Source of the DNA: an uncultured Myxococcales bacterium
GTDB lineage: Bacteria; Myxococcota; UBA4151
Length of the DNA stretch: 14,561 nucleotides
Reading direction: 5' to 3'
Assembly (NCBI GenBank): GCA_964013405.1
Contig: CAXGWI010000090.1
Span: forward strand, 1 to 14,561
The notes under the pieces were generated by a model, which saw nothing but the letters and a program-made list of their open reading frames with translations, was not told the origin of the DNA and searched no databases. Shown here piece by piece: positions 7,477 to 14,561 of the stretch (positions within the stretch are counted from its first letter, which is position 1; every line of letters starts with the position of its first letter). Position numbers and translations under genes: made by a program.

Positions 7477-8613
7477 GTGGAGGGCGTAGTCTTGGTTGTC
7501 GCGATGTTCCTTATCTTCGCCGCGGACAGCGAGCTGCCGAAGATTGCCATGAAAGCCATGGACTGTCGGCCCGCCGCCCTCTGTGTTTCGGGAGGTCCAG
7601 GGCAAGCCCTGAGCCCCCATGTGGCTCGGGCTGTGAATCAGTTGGGCTTTGAGGTCCTCGAAAGTGACGCCATCGAGGCCATGCTGATCGAGAACGGCGT
7701 GAGTCGCAGCGAGCGGGACCAACTCTGTCACTCCGAAGGCTGTGTCGCCCAGCTTCAAGACGCCCTCGGGGCTTTCGGAATCGACTATTTGATGGTGGGA
7801 CAGTTGAGCGTCACGGAGCGACGGGCCGAGCTATTTTTGACCCTGCGGCGCCAAGGCTCACGGGCGAACGTCGCGAAAGATTTCATCGACGCAAAAAACT
7901 GGGAGGGACTGCGAGGGGAAATACCCGCATTGACCGGGCGGTTGATGGGCGTCTTGTTGCCGAAAAACCACCCCCTAAACATCCGGAAACCAGCGACAAA
8001 AACCGCTGAATACAAGATGAAGCCGGTTGCTCCTGTCGAGCCGCAAGTGGCCAAAAGACCGCGCCCCAAGCCGGTGACCATTCCCAACGCTGAGGAGCGG
8101 GCCTCCATCGAGAGCGTCTGCAAAGTCAAAAGGGTGATGGGCAAAAAATCGTACGCTGCTTGTATCGCCAAAAAGCTCGCTGAACTGGAGGCCACACCAC
8201 GCCCCAACTATGGCGAGACCAGCCCCCAAGAGCAGGAGGCGATGAAGGGCTCCTGCAAGGTTAAAAAAGTCTTCGGCCCGGCCTCGTTCTACCGCTGTGT
8301 TCAAAAGAAGCTCCAAGCGCTGCGTGGCGTGCACCGCCCGGACTATGGCAGCGCCAGCGAGCAGGAGCGGGCCTGGATCGACACCACCTGTAAGCCCCGG
8401 AAGCTCTTCGGGCCCGCTTCCTTCTACAAATGCGTGAAAGAGCAGGTGACCTCGCTCCAGATCGCTGGACGCCCGGACTACGAGGGGATCAAGTCCCAGG
8501 AGAAGGCGTGGATTGCCCATACCTGCAAGCACAGCCGACCTTTTGGGCCCGCGAGCTACTATACCTGCGTTCACGGGCATCTGAATCGTATACGAATGTA
8601 CCGGAAGCCGTGA
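7477..8613 (+). CDS. Exported hypothetical protein: N-terminal CsgG/TolB-N-like alpha/beta domain, Pro/Lys linker, four 45-aa two-Cys repeats
   Basis: Hydrophobic N-terminus, followed by C..EGCVAQL..A.GIDYLMVGQL......LFLTL, a pattern typical of myxobacterial TolB-N/CsgG-like domains. The repeats lie at about 8062-8601. An alternative TTG start at 7492 has GGAGG at 7479-7483. Confidence 0.75.
   Translation: MEGVVLVVAMFLIFAADSELPKIAMKAMDCRPAALCVSGGPGQALSPHVARAVNQLGFEVLESDAIEAMLIENGVSRSERDQLCHSEGCVAQLQDALGAFGIDYLMVGQLSVTERRAELFLTLRRQGSRANVAKDFIDAKNWEGLRGEIPALTGRLMGVLLPKNHPLNIRKPATKTAEYKMKPVAPVEPQVAKRPRPKPVTIPNAEERASIESVCKVKRVMGKKSYAACIAKKLAELEATPRPNYGETSPQEQEAMKGSCKVKKVFGPASFYRCVQKKLQALRGVHRPDYGSASEQERAWIDTTCKPRKLFGPASFYKCVKEQVTSLQIAGRPDYEGIKSQEKAWIAHTCKHSRPFGPASYYTCVHGHLNRIRMYRKP
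8062..8601 (+). repeat. Four tandem 135-nt/45-aa repeats, consensus RPdY...s.qE.awi..tCK.....GPAS(F/Y)Y.Cv...l..l
   Basis: The first Cys codons fall at 8119, 8254, 8389 and 8524, an exact 135-nt period. The second Cys sits 14 residues later in every unit. Confidence 0.92.
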
Positions 8614-8832
8614 TCAGACGAAGCTCGATTGCCCCGGTTCGTGACATGCTCTGCACTCCCTTTGCTGATGGCCCGAACCGGTTGGGGCGGGCTGTCCCCT
8701 TTGGAATCCCGGGCTGCACAAGGGCGTTGTGGAAGGGGAGCGAGCGCGGACTGTTGGATAAGGGATGAGCCCCGCAAACGCTTGTTGCTGGTGCCAGTGT
8801 CGATTTGAGGGTTTTGAGGAGGTCGATTCGTT

Positions 8833-9672
8833 ATGATGGGCAGGATGATTCTTGGTGGCCTATCGGTGGGCCTGAGCCTGCTGTCATGTGCAACGAATCC
8901 CCCGCCTGGAGAGAAAGAGGCTGCGCCTTGGCGAGAGAGCCGTCGGGACGTGAAGCCTGTAGAGCAAGCCCGTTGCGGTGACCACGTCCTGTTGAGCTCC
9001 AAGGCCGCTATGGCGAAAAGCCCACGCCCGAACCTTGATGCGGAGCGCTTGGCCCTCCGGATCAGTCCCGGTCTCGTTGCAGAAGATGCGGCCTATGAGC
9101 GGATCGTCGAGGATCTCCAAGCCATTCGGGCCGTTGCGAAGGGGAAAACCGTCGCAAAAAGAACCTGGCCCCACCAGTCGGCCCAAGGGGTCACCTTGAA
9201 ACCTCGGCCCAAGGTGATCGAGGCCATGAAAGCTGGTACCTATACTGGTTTGGATTGCCTGAACGCCTGGTATGGTGGTCGGTTTCTTGCCTCGTCACCA
9301 AGCCTCGACATGGTCTTTGTGCAGTTTGATGGCTGGTACCTGGGTGCGCGCATCGCGGAGGCCTACGGCAGTCATCCGGATATCATTTGGAGTGAGCCCA
9401 GCAGCTTCGGTGGCGCTGGGGACGATATCCGCCTGTGCAATGAAAGGATCGGTGGTACGCACCGCTATGTGTTGAGTCATGGCTCTGGCGATTGCCCTGG
9501 CGGCTGCATCGATTGGGTACATCGAGGCTATGAGGTGACGGACAAGGGAGAGGTGACTGCGCTCGAACCGGTCTGGACGATTCGCGGTTTGGGGAAATCC
9601 AGCGAACGCCCTGCTTGGGCCCACGACGGGTGTTTTCGGGAACCTTATCGCCCTATGGATCCGGCTCAATAG
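8833..9672 (+). CDS. Hypothetical lipoprotein with GSGDCPGGC motif
   Basis: Strong RBS GAGGAGGT at 8816-8823, a lipobox-like GLSLLS-C, a 279-aa ORF, and a C-terminal YVLSHGSGDCPGGCID motif. Confidence 0.78.
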   Translation: MMGRMILGGLSVGLSLLSCATNPPPGEKEAAPWRESRRDVKPVEQARCGDHVLLSSKAAMAKSPRPNLDAERLALRISPGLVAEDAAYERIVEDLQAIRAVAKGKTVAKRTWPHQSAQGVTLKPRPKVIEAMKAGTYTGLDCLNAWYGGRFLASSPSLDMVFVQFDGWYLGARIAEAYGSHPDIIWSEPSSFGGAGDDIRLCNERIGGTHRYVLSHGSGDCPGGCIDWVHRGYEVTDKGEVTALEPVWTIRGLGKSSERPAWAHDGCFREPYRPMDPAQ

Positions 9673-10114
9673 GGCGCATTCGTGCGACTACTCGATCCTG
9701 TTCATCCAACAAAACCAGAACAGGGCCTGGATCGATACGATAGTGGGTTACGACCGCAAAGACCCCCGGGAAGTCGCTGCCCGAAGGCTGCCATGAGCAG
9801 AGGGCTTTGGTGCTCATCACCCCCCCGAACTTTAGCCTTTTGGGAGCGCGTTCTTCGTAGTGAGCCTGGTAGGCATTGCAGCCGTCGTGGCCTTGAATCG
9901 AATTTTGCTCTGGCAGAAAGGCTGCTGTAGCGGGCCCTGGGGCGCCTGCTGCTGGCGCTGGAGTTTCAAGAAACCATTGCCCGTCTAGGGAGGCTGGCGA
10001 TAAACCGTGACTTTTCAGTCCGAAGGACTTGGAGCCAAGGCACGCGGACATCAGTAAACCGGCCACAAGGGCTGTGGTCTTTCTCGTGAAAGCGGAGCGC
10101 AGCGTCACCGTCAT
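9653..10114 (-). CDS. META-domain (HslJ-like) lipoprotein
   Basis: LDGQWFL...IQGHDGCNAYQAHY....LKFGGVMSTKALC...YRI....LVL matches the META pattern, and the lipobox is LLMSA-C. The ATG at 10114 overlaps the upstream TGA (ATGA), so I reassigned the start from the track's 10240. The product is 153 aa. Confidence 0.88.
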   Translation of the reverse strand: MTVTLRSAFTRKTTALVAGLLMSACLGSKSFGLKSHGLSPASLDGQWFLETPAPAAGAPGPATAAFLPEQNSIQGHDGCNAYQAHYEERAPKRLKFGGVMSTKALCSWQPSGSDFPGVFAVVTHYRIDPGPVLVLLDEQDRVVARMRPIEPDP

Positions 10115-12135
10115 TGGACTTCGGCGGGAAAGCCAGCGATTCGGTGAGGGCTTGTGTGCGTGGTGTAGCCGATGCCAGCACGGGTGGGATGGGGGATTCG
10201 CCCCCAACACCATAATTCGCCGTTTTCCCTCAGCGCACAATATCGATCTTTACCGCTACGGATTTCGACCACTTCTGTGAGGTTCACGACTTCGACAAAA
10301 GCGTCTTCAGACCAGATGGGACCGGGGTCGCCGACACCCAGAAGTCCGTATTGCCCATTCGCCCCTTTGCAATAGACGAGGCCGTTGTTCGCGAGCGCAC
10401 AGATCGTTAGCCCTTCTGGGTGGCTCACGAGTTGTGTTGCTGGCACCGGAATGGAATCATCGATCTCGTCCTCTGGGTACACGATAATGGCGCCGTCCTG
10501 ACTCAGCGCATGCACCGATTCGGCGGGGCCAAACCAGAGGGACCACTCGGGAACAGCGGAACGAAGCGGGGGCAGACCTTCCAGGGCAATAGGCAGCAAA
10601 TCCCGACCCCAGCAAAACCCTTCTCCTGCTCGATTGACGCTGCAGTATTGATCCTGGGTCTGAGCGATGTGGATGACCATTCCCAGACCCGGTATTTGGA
10701 CGGGCGCAAGGTTCGAAGGCCCCCAGCAGTAAACTCGTCCCATACGCGTTAAGGAGCAACTCAGGCTGAAGGGCCCTAGACCGAGGTTTTGAGTGACGTC
10801 AACGAGTGGCTCGGGGCTGCCGACGGGGTGCCACCGGGCGATACTGGCGTATTGATCCATATCCCAACAACTGCCGCTGCCTTGTCCATTGGTGTAGCAG
10901 AGAAAACTGCCGGCGGTACCGGTGGCGAGACGAAGCCCATCGATGTCGTCAACGGCATAGGCAACGGGGCCCTGCGTCCATTCTCGGCTTCCGCCCACGA
11001 TGCGGGCTTGGACACGGCCCGCACAACGCAATCCATCCTGGTTGTGGACACAGTGGTGATGGCGGCCGATCGCAAGCCGGGGGGGCGGGGGCATCTCATG
11101 GCACCAGGAGCTGCAATGGAGGTCGCCGGCATAGGTCTCAGGTTCGCAGTCCTCGAAGCCCAGTTGGAGGCGACTTTCGAAGTCGAGGCGGATGACACCA
11201 TCGCCACATCGAGCGACCTGGCAGTTGGAAAGACAACTGTCGGTGTCGACCGCATTGCCGTCATCGCAGGCTTCGTAGTTGGGATCATCGGGTTGGAGGT
11301 CGCGCCGAAGAATACCGTCGCCACAGCGGGGTAGAGCGCAGTCGATACAAGCGTCGTCGATGACGTCATTGCCGTCGTCACAGGCCTCTTGTTCGGGCCA
11401 CCAGTGACCATCGCCGCAGCGGTTGACCTGACAGTTATTCAGGCAGTGGTCGTTCTGGGCATCATTGCCGTCATCACAGGCTTCAAAGTCCCTCTGATCG
11501 AGAGCCTGATCGGCCCGCCGCAAGCCGTCACCACAGCGAGCCAACTGGCAGGCATTGGTACAGCCATCATAGTCATCCTGGTTGCCATCATCACAGGCTT
11601 CAAACTCGTCATCGCCCTCCATTCGGTCCGTTCGCTGGATCCCATCCCCACATCGACTCAGCGTACAGCGGTTCGTACAGGCATCTGTATCATCGAGATT
11701 CCCGTCATCGCAGGCTTCAAAGCCTTCTTCTCCCCGGCTCGTATCGGAACGAAGGTAACCATCGCCGCAGGCTGCTCGGGTGCAGTTGTTGAGACAGTCA
11801 TCCGTCATCTCCTGGTTGGCATCATCACAGGCCTCGTATCCTGGCTCGCCGGGCCCTCGATCCGCCCTCAAAATGCCATCCCCACATCGAGCCGGGACAC
11901 ATTCAGTTGTACAGCCATCCTTGGGGTCTGAATTGCCGTCATCGCAGCCTTCGCCAGGGGTGAGACGGCCGTCCAGTCGACACACTAGGTTCATGCAATA
12001 ACCGCGGTCACAAAACGCGTCTGCATCGCAGTCTGAGGTCTGTCGACAGGGCGGGGCGCCGATGTCGATGGGTGCCATGGTTTCTGCGCATGCGACGACG
12101 AGGAGCAGGCAGGTTAGAAACTTGGGGAATCTCAT
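10111..12135 (-). CDS. Lipoprotein with 8 myxobacterial cysteine-rich repeats (DUF4215-type) and a C-terminal RCC1-like beta-propeller
   Basis: Lipobox LLVVA-C, repeated CGDG...EACDDGN....DxCxxxC units, and RCC1-like motifs CSLTRMGRVYCWG, CALANNGLVYCKGANGQYGLLG and CALRENGELWCWG. ATGA overlaps occur at both ends. Confidence 0.9.
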   Translation of the reverse strand: MRFPKFLTCLLLVVACAETMAPIDIGAPPCRQTSDCDADAFCDRGYCMNLVCRLDGRLTPGEGCDDGNSDPKDGCTTECVPARCGDGILRADRGPGEPGYEACDDANQEMTDDCLNNCTRAACGDGYLRSDTSRGEEGFEACDDGNLDDTDACTNRCTLSRCGDGIQRTDRMEGDDEFEACDDGNQDDYDGCTNACQLARCGDGLRRADQALDQRDFEACDDGNDAQNDHCLNNCQVNRCGDGHWWPEQEACDDGNDVIDDACIDCALPRCGDGILRRDLQPDDPNYEACDDGNAVDTDSCLSNCQVARCGDGVIRLDFESRLQLGFEDCEPETYAGDLHCSSWCHEMPPPPRLAIGRHHHCVHNQDGLRCAGRVQARIVGGSREWTQGPVAYAVDDIDGLRLATGTAGSFLCYTNGQGSGSCWDMDQYASIARWHPVGSPEPLVDVTQNLGLGPFSLSCSLTRMGRVYCWGPSNLAPVQIPGLGMVIHIAQTQDQYCSVNRAGEGFCWGRDLLPIALEGLPPLRSAVPEWSLWFGPAESVHALSQDGAIIVYPEDEIDDSIPVPATQLVSHPEGLTICALANNGLVYCKGANGQYGLLGVGDPGPIWSEDAFVEVVNLTEVVEIRSGKDRYCALRENGELWCWGRIPHPTRAGIGYTTHTSPHRIAGFPAEVQ
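11101..11982 (-). repeat. Eight Cys-rich repeat units (31-39 aa)
   Basis: Unit lengths read from the translation are 32, 39, 39, 39, 39, 31, 39 and 36 aa. Confidence 0.9.
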
Positions 12136-14081
12136 GGCTGATCGGGCCCCATCAACCGCCTAGGCGTTTCAACGATGAGCCCAGAATCTTCACGCTGAAC
12201 TCGGGAGGCCTCGTTGAGCCCCCAGCCCCAGACCGAGCCATCGATGCCCCGGGCGCAGGCACCTCCATGTTCGACCTCAATCTCCACGATTTCAGGTAAG
12301 CCGAGCACCGCCCTTGCGACCCCATCGTAGTGTCGGAGGCAATGGACCTCACCTTCCTCCGTCAAGCCGCAGGTCATGCGGCGGGCGACGAATGCGTCAT
12401 CGCAGCGATCATTGTTGAAACAAGGACTCCCAGCCAATTGCTTTAACCCCGATGGGAGGCGCCTCTGAGGGACCGCCTCATCGTCATCGTTCAAGCCCCA
12501 GACGTCGCCGTCTCGATCGAGGAGGCACCAGCCATTGCGCCGCTGCCGGCTGCCACAGTCAATGCCCCAGACCGCAGCCCGCAGTTGGAGCCCTCGGGCC
12601 ACCCGTCGAGCGGGTTCACCAGGGGCCCAGCAATGCATCTGTCCCGATGCCGTTAAGGCACAATCGCCCACCAAGACGTCCACGATCTGCTCCGCGTTCT
12701 CAATGATGTAGGGTGCCGGCGAGACGGGGGATGCGCAGGTTACTGTGCCCTCTCGGGAGACCCAGCAAATCTTTCGGTCGCCGCTGACACTGAAGTCGTG
12801 AATAGGTTGCCCGTTCGGAATGGCGAAGGCGACAGTATTCCAGTTCCCAGGCCAATGGCACAGACTGGTTCCCGTGAGGTTCACCGTACAGATTCCAAAA
12901 CGAGGTCCAAAGCCGAGCAGGCCGTGAACTGGGCCGACGTCTGCCCGTAAGCTCAGACGGCCGACCGGGGCATCAGCTCCATCGAACCCTGAACACCAGA
13001 CCTCCTCGTTTCGGAGGAGGCAAAAGGAGGATTCATCGGCGGCTAATCGGCGGCCGAGCGGGCGGGCCCGGCAATCGTCACCACAATCCCATAGCTCCTC
13101 ATCGGCCCCTGGTTCACAGTTTTCATAGCGTTCGTCCCGTGGGTCCGTGATGTCCTGGCGCACAAACCCATCACCACAGGCCGGCAGGATGCAACCGCTG
13201 AGGCAGCCATCGGTCTCGACGGCGTTGCCATCATCACAAGGCTCTACCCCGTCCAGGACGCTACCATCTCCGCATCGAGCCAGCGTGCAGTTGTTGGTGC
13301 ACTCATCGCCGTCGTTCTCGTTGCCGTCGTCACAGGCTTCGACGTCGAGGTGGCGTTCGCCGTCACCGCAGCGGGCCAAGCGGCAGCCTTCGAGACAGCC
13401 ATCCTCGTTGGATGCATTGCCGTCATCACAGGCTTCAAAGCCGACCTCGTCCGGCTCGAGATCAGCTCGGATCACCCCATCGCCACAGATCGCCAAGCTG
13501 CAATCGCCAAGGCAAGCGTCGTTATCCATCCCATTGCCGTCATCACAGGCTTCGAACTGAGGGTCATCGGGGGAGAGGTCCGTTCTGACGATCCCGTCAC
13601 CGCAGTGGGCCAAACGGCAGTTATTGGTGCAGGCATCTTCATCGATGAGATTATTGTCTTCGCAATCTTCCCCCAGACCAGTCGCCACAAAACCATCGCC
13701 GCATTGGGCTGGCTCACAGGCATTGGTACAGGCATCGTCATTCCGGGTGTTGCCATCGTCACAGGCCTCGTAGCCTGCTGCATCGATCGCAAGGTCGAGT
13801 CGCACAACCCCATCACCGCAAAGGGCCAGTTCGCAGCTATTGGTGCAGCCATCACGGTCGTTTAGGTTGCCGTCGTCGCAGGCCTCCCCTGGATCCACGA
13901 GTCCATCCAAATTACACTCGTGCCCGAATGCGAAGCAACGATTCCGGTGACAAGTGGTGCCCTCGACGCAATCGGAATCCCGTAAACAGGTGGAAGCTTT
14001 CACGGAGATTGGGGCAATCGTTTCTTCGCAGCCGCAAAACAGCAGCAGAAGAACGAGTCCTATGGGCTTGGGCTCCACCAT
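12132..14081 (-). CDS. Lipoprotein with 8 myxobacterial cysteine-rich repeats (DUF4215-type) and a degenerate RCC1-like C-terminus; tandem paralog of 10111-12135
   Basis: I reassigned the start to the ATG at 14081 (MVEPKPIGLVLLLLFCG-C-EETIAPI, matching the paralog's C-AETMAPI). The track's start at 14333 would overlap the divergent acyl-CoA dehydrogenase. RCC1-like motifs are CALTASGQMHCW, CGLTEEGEVHC and ACARGIDGSVWGWG. The product is 649 aa. Confidence 0.87.
   Translation of the reverse strand: MVEPKPIGLVLLLLFCGCEETIAPISVKASTCLRDSDCVEGTTCHRNRCFAFGHECNLDGLVDPGEACDDGNLNDRDGCTNSCELALCGDGVVRLDLAIDAAGYEACDDGNTRNDDACTNACEPAQCGDGFVATGLGEDCEDNNLIDEDACTNNCRLAHCGDGIVRTDLSPDDPQFEACDDGNGMDNDACLGDCSLAICGDGVIRADLEPDEVGFEACDDGNASNEDGCLEGCRLARCGDGERHLDVEACDDGNENDGDECTNNCTLARCGDGSVLDGVEPCDDGNAVETDGCLSGCILPACGDGFVRQDITDPRDERYENCEPGADEELWDCGDDCRARPLGRRLAADESSFCLLRNEEVWCSGFDGADAPVGRLSLRADVGPVHGLLGFGPRFGICTVNLTGTSLCHWPGNWNTVAFAIPNGQPIHDFSVSGDRKICWVSREGTVTCASPVSPAPYIIENAEQIVDVLVGDCALTASGQMHCWAPGEPARRVARGLQLRAAVWGIDCGSRQRRNGWCLLDRDGDVWGLNDDDEAVPQRRLPSGLKQLAGSPCFNNDRCDDAFVARRMTCGLTEEGEVHCLRHYDGVARAVLGLPEIVEIEVEHGGACARGIDGSVWGWGLNEASRVQREDSGLIVETPRRLMGPDQP
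13071..13916 (-). repeat. Eight Cys-rich repeat units (32-39 aa)
   Basis: Unit lengths read from the translation are 32, 39, 33, 39, 39, 32, 32 and 36 aa. Confidence 0.9.
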
Positions 14082-14087
14082 GGAAGG

Positions 14088-14124
14088 AGAGTGCTGGCTG
14101 GTCTGTGCTTGGTCAAGACCAGCC
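14088..14124 (-). promoter_or_regulatory. Candidate sigma70-like promoter for the lipoprotein operon, overlapped by a 9-bp inverted repeat
   Basis: The minus strand reads TTGACC-N17-CACTCT-N6-ATG(14081) with no SD sequence. A perfect inverted repeat GGCTGGTCT-N11-AGACCAGCC spans 14096-14124. The -10 match is weak. Confidence 0.35.
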
Positions 14125-14252
14125 CGAGCCCAACGGTGGTCCGGGGCAGGGGCCTCCGGCGGCATCGGTCCTGTGGCAAAATGGCCCTTGGCCGATTGAC
14201 AGCAGCCCGTCCCGCGCGCATCCCAAGCTACCGTTCGACAACAGAGGCTGGC

Positions 14253-14561
14253 ATGGCGCACGAATCCCATTATCGAAGTCATCTCCGGGATCTTCACTTT
14301 AATCTTTTTGAAGTCTACGAGGTGCAGAAGCATAGTCTGGGGCAGGGGCCCTTTGCTGAAGTCGATCAGGACTTATCTGAGGAACTACTGCGCAATGCGA
14401 AAGCCTTGGCAGAGGGGGCATTTGCCGCCGGCTTTGCCTCTGGTGATGAAGAGGGTTTGCGTCTCGACCGAGAGGGCAACGTCTCCTTGCCTCAGGGCAT
14501 GCGAGATGCGCTGGCTGCTTATCACGAAGGGGAGTGGCAACGGCTCACCGCCCCCGTGGCG
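14253..14561 (+). CDS. Acyl-CoA dehydrogenase, FadE5-like N-terminus (partial, runs off the window end)
   Basis: Not in the ORF track. Manual translation gives MAHESHYRSHLRDLHFNLFEVYEVQKHSLGQGPFAEVDQDLSEELLRNAKALAEGAFAAGFASGDEEGLRLDREGNVSLPQGMRDALAAYHEGEWQRLTAPVA. This resembles the FadE5-family start (SHY.SN.RD..FNLFEV.......G.G.F...D). A GAGG RBS lies at 14244-14247. Confidence 0.88.
   Translation, partial: MAHESHYRSHLRDLHFNLFEVYEVQKHSLGQGPFAEVDQDLSEELLRNAKALAEGAFAAGFASGDEEGLRLDREGNVSLPQGMRDALAAYHEGEWQRLTAPVA

Noticed and set aside
8614..8832. 219-nt intergenic region as a possible riboswitch or sigma54 promoter
   Set aside because: I found no convincing match to cobalamin, fluoride or c-di-GMP cores. 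The minus-strand TGGCAC lacks the correctly spaced TTGC. An Rfam scan would settle it.
10115..10240. 42-aa N-terminal extension of the META ORF
   Set aside because: It overlaps the upstream gene by 130 nt. The ATG at 10114 gives an ATGA overlap and a proper signal peptide.
11101..13916. Recurring gccgtcatcacaggcttc-like DNA motif at ~96-117 nt spacing resembling a CRISPR array
   Set aside because: The copies are degenerate, lie in frame and encode EACDDG of the protein repeats. The spacing is too long and there are no cas genes.
14196..14229. Complete sigma70 promoter for the acyl-CoA dehydrogenase
   Set aside because: TTGACA is perfect, but the hexamers at 16-18 nt spacing (e.g. CATCCC) do not resemble a -10 element, so I did not list it as a feature.
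14082..14333. 84-aa N-terminal extension of the 733-aa minus-strand ORF
   Set aside because: It would bury the lipoprotein signal, has no counterpart in the paralog, and overlaps the divergent acyl-CoA dehydrogenase.

Overview
GC-rich bacterial window, probably Myxococcota-like (inferred from the myxobacterial Cys-rich repeats). Nearly every gene encodes a cell-envelope or secreted protein. The + strand carries five genes: (1) a membrane protein with eight DnaJ-type Zn-finger motifs in an SSUH2-like framework that appears split by a transmembrane insertion, (2) a 2xSHOCT-TM-Sel1-like-FGE-like-SPOR protein, (3) a secreted transglutaminase-like protein with an intact Cys-His-Asp triad, (4) an exported protein ending in four exact 45-aa two-Cys repeats, and (5) a lipoprotein with a GDCPGGC motif. 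The - strand carries a translationally coupled three-gene lipoprotein operon: two tandem paralogs with an 8-unit Cys-rich repeat stalk and divergent RCC1-like heads, then a META-domain lipoprotein. A FadE5-like acyl-CoA dehydrogenase, absent from the ORF track, starts divergently at 14253 and runs off the window. I found no RNA genes, CRISPR arrays or mobile elements. All domain calls come from recognising motifs by eye, not from searches.
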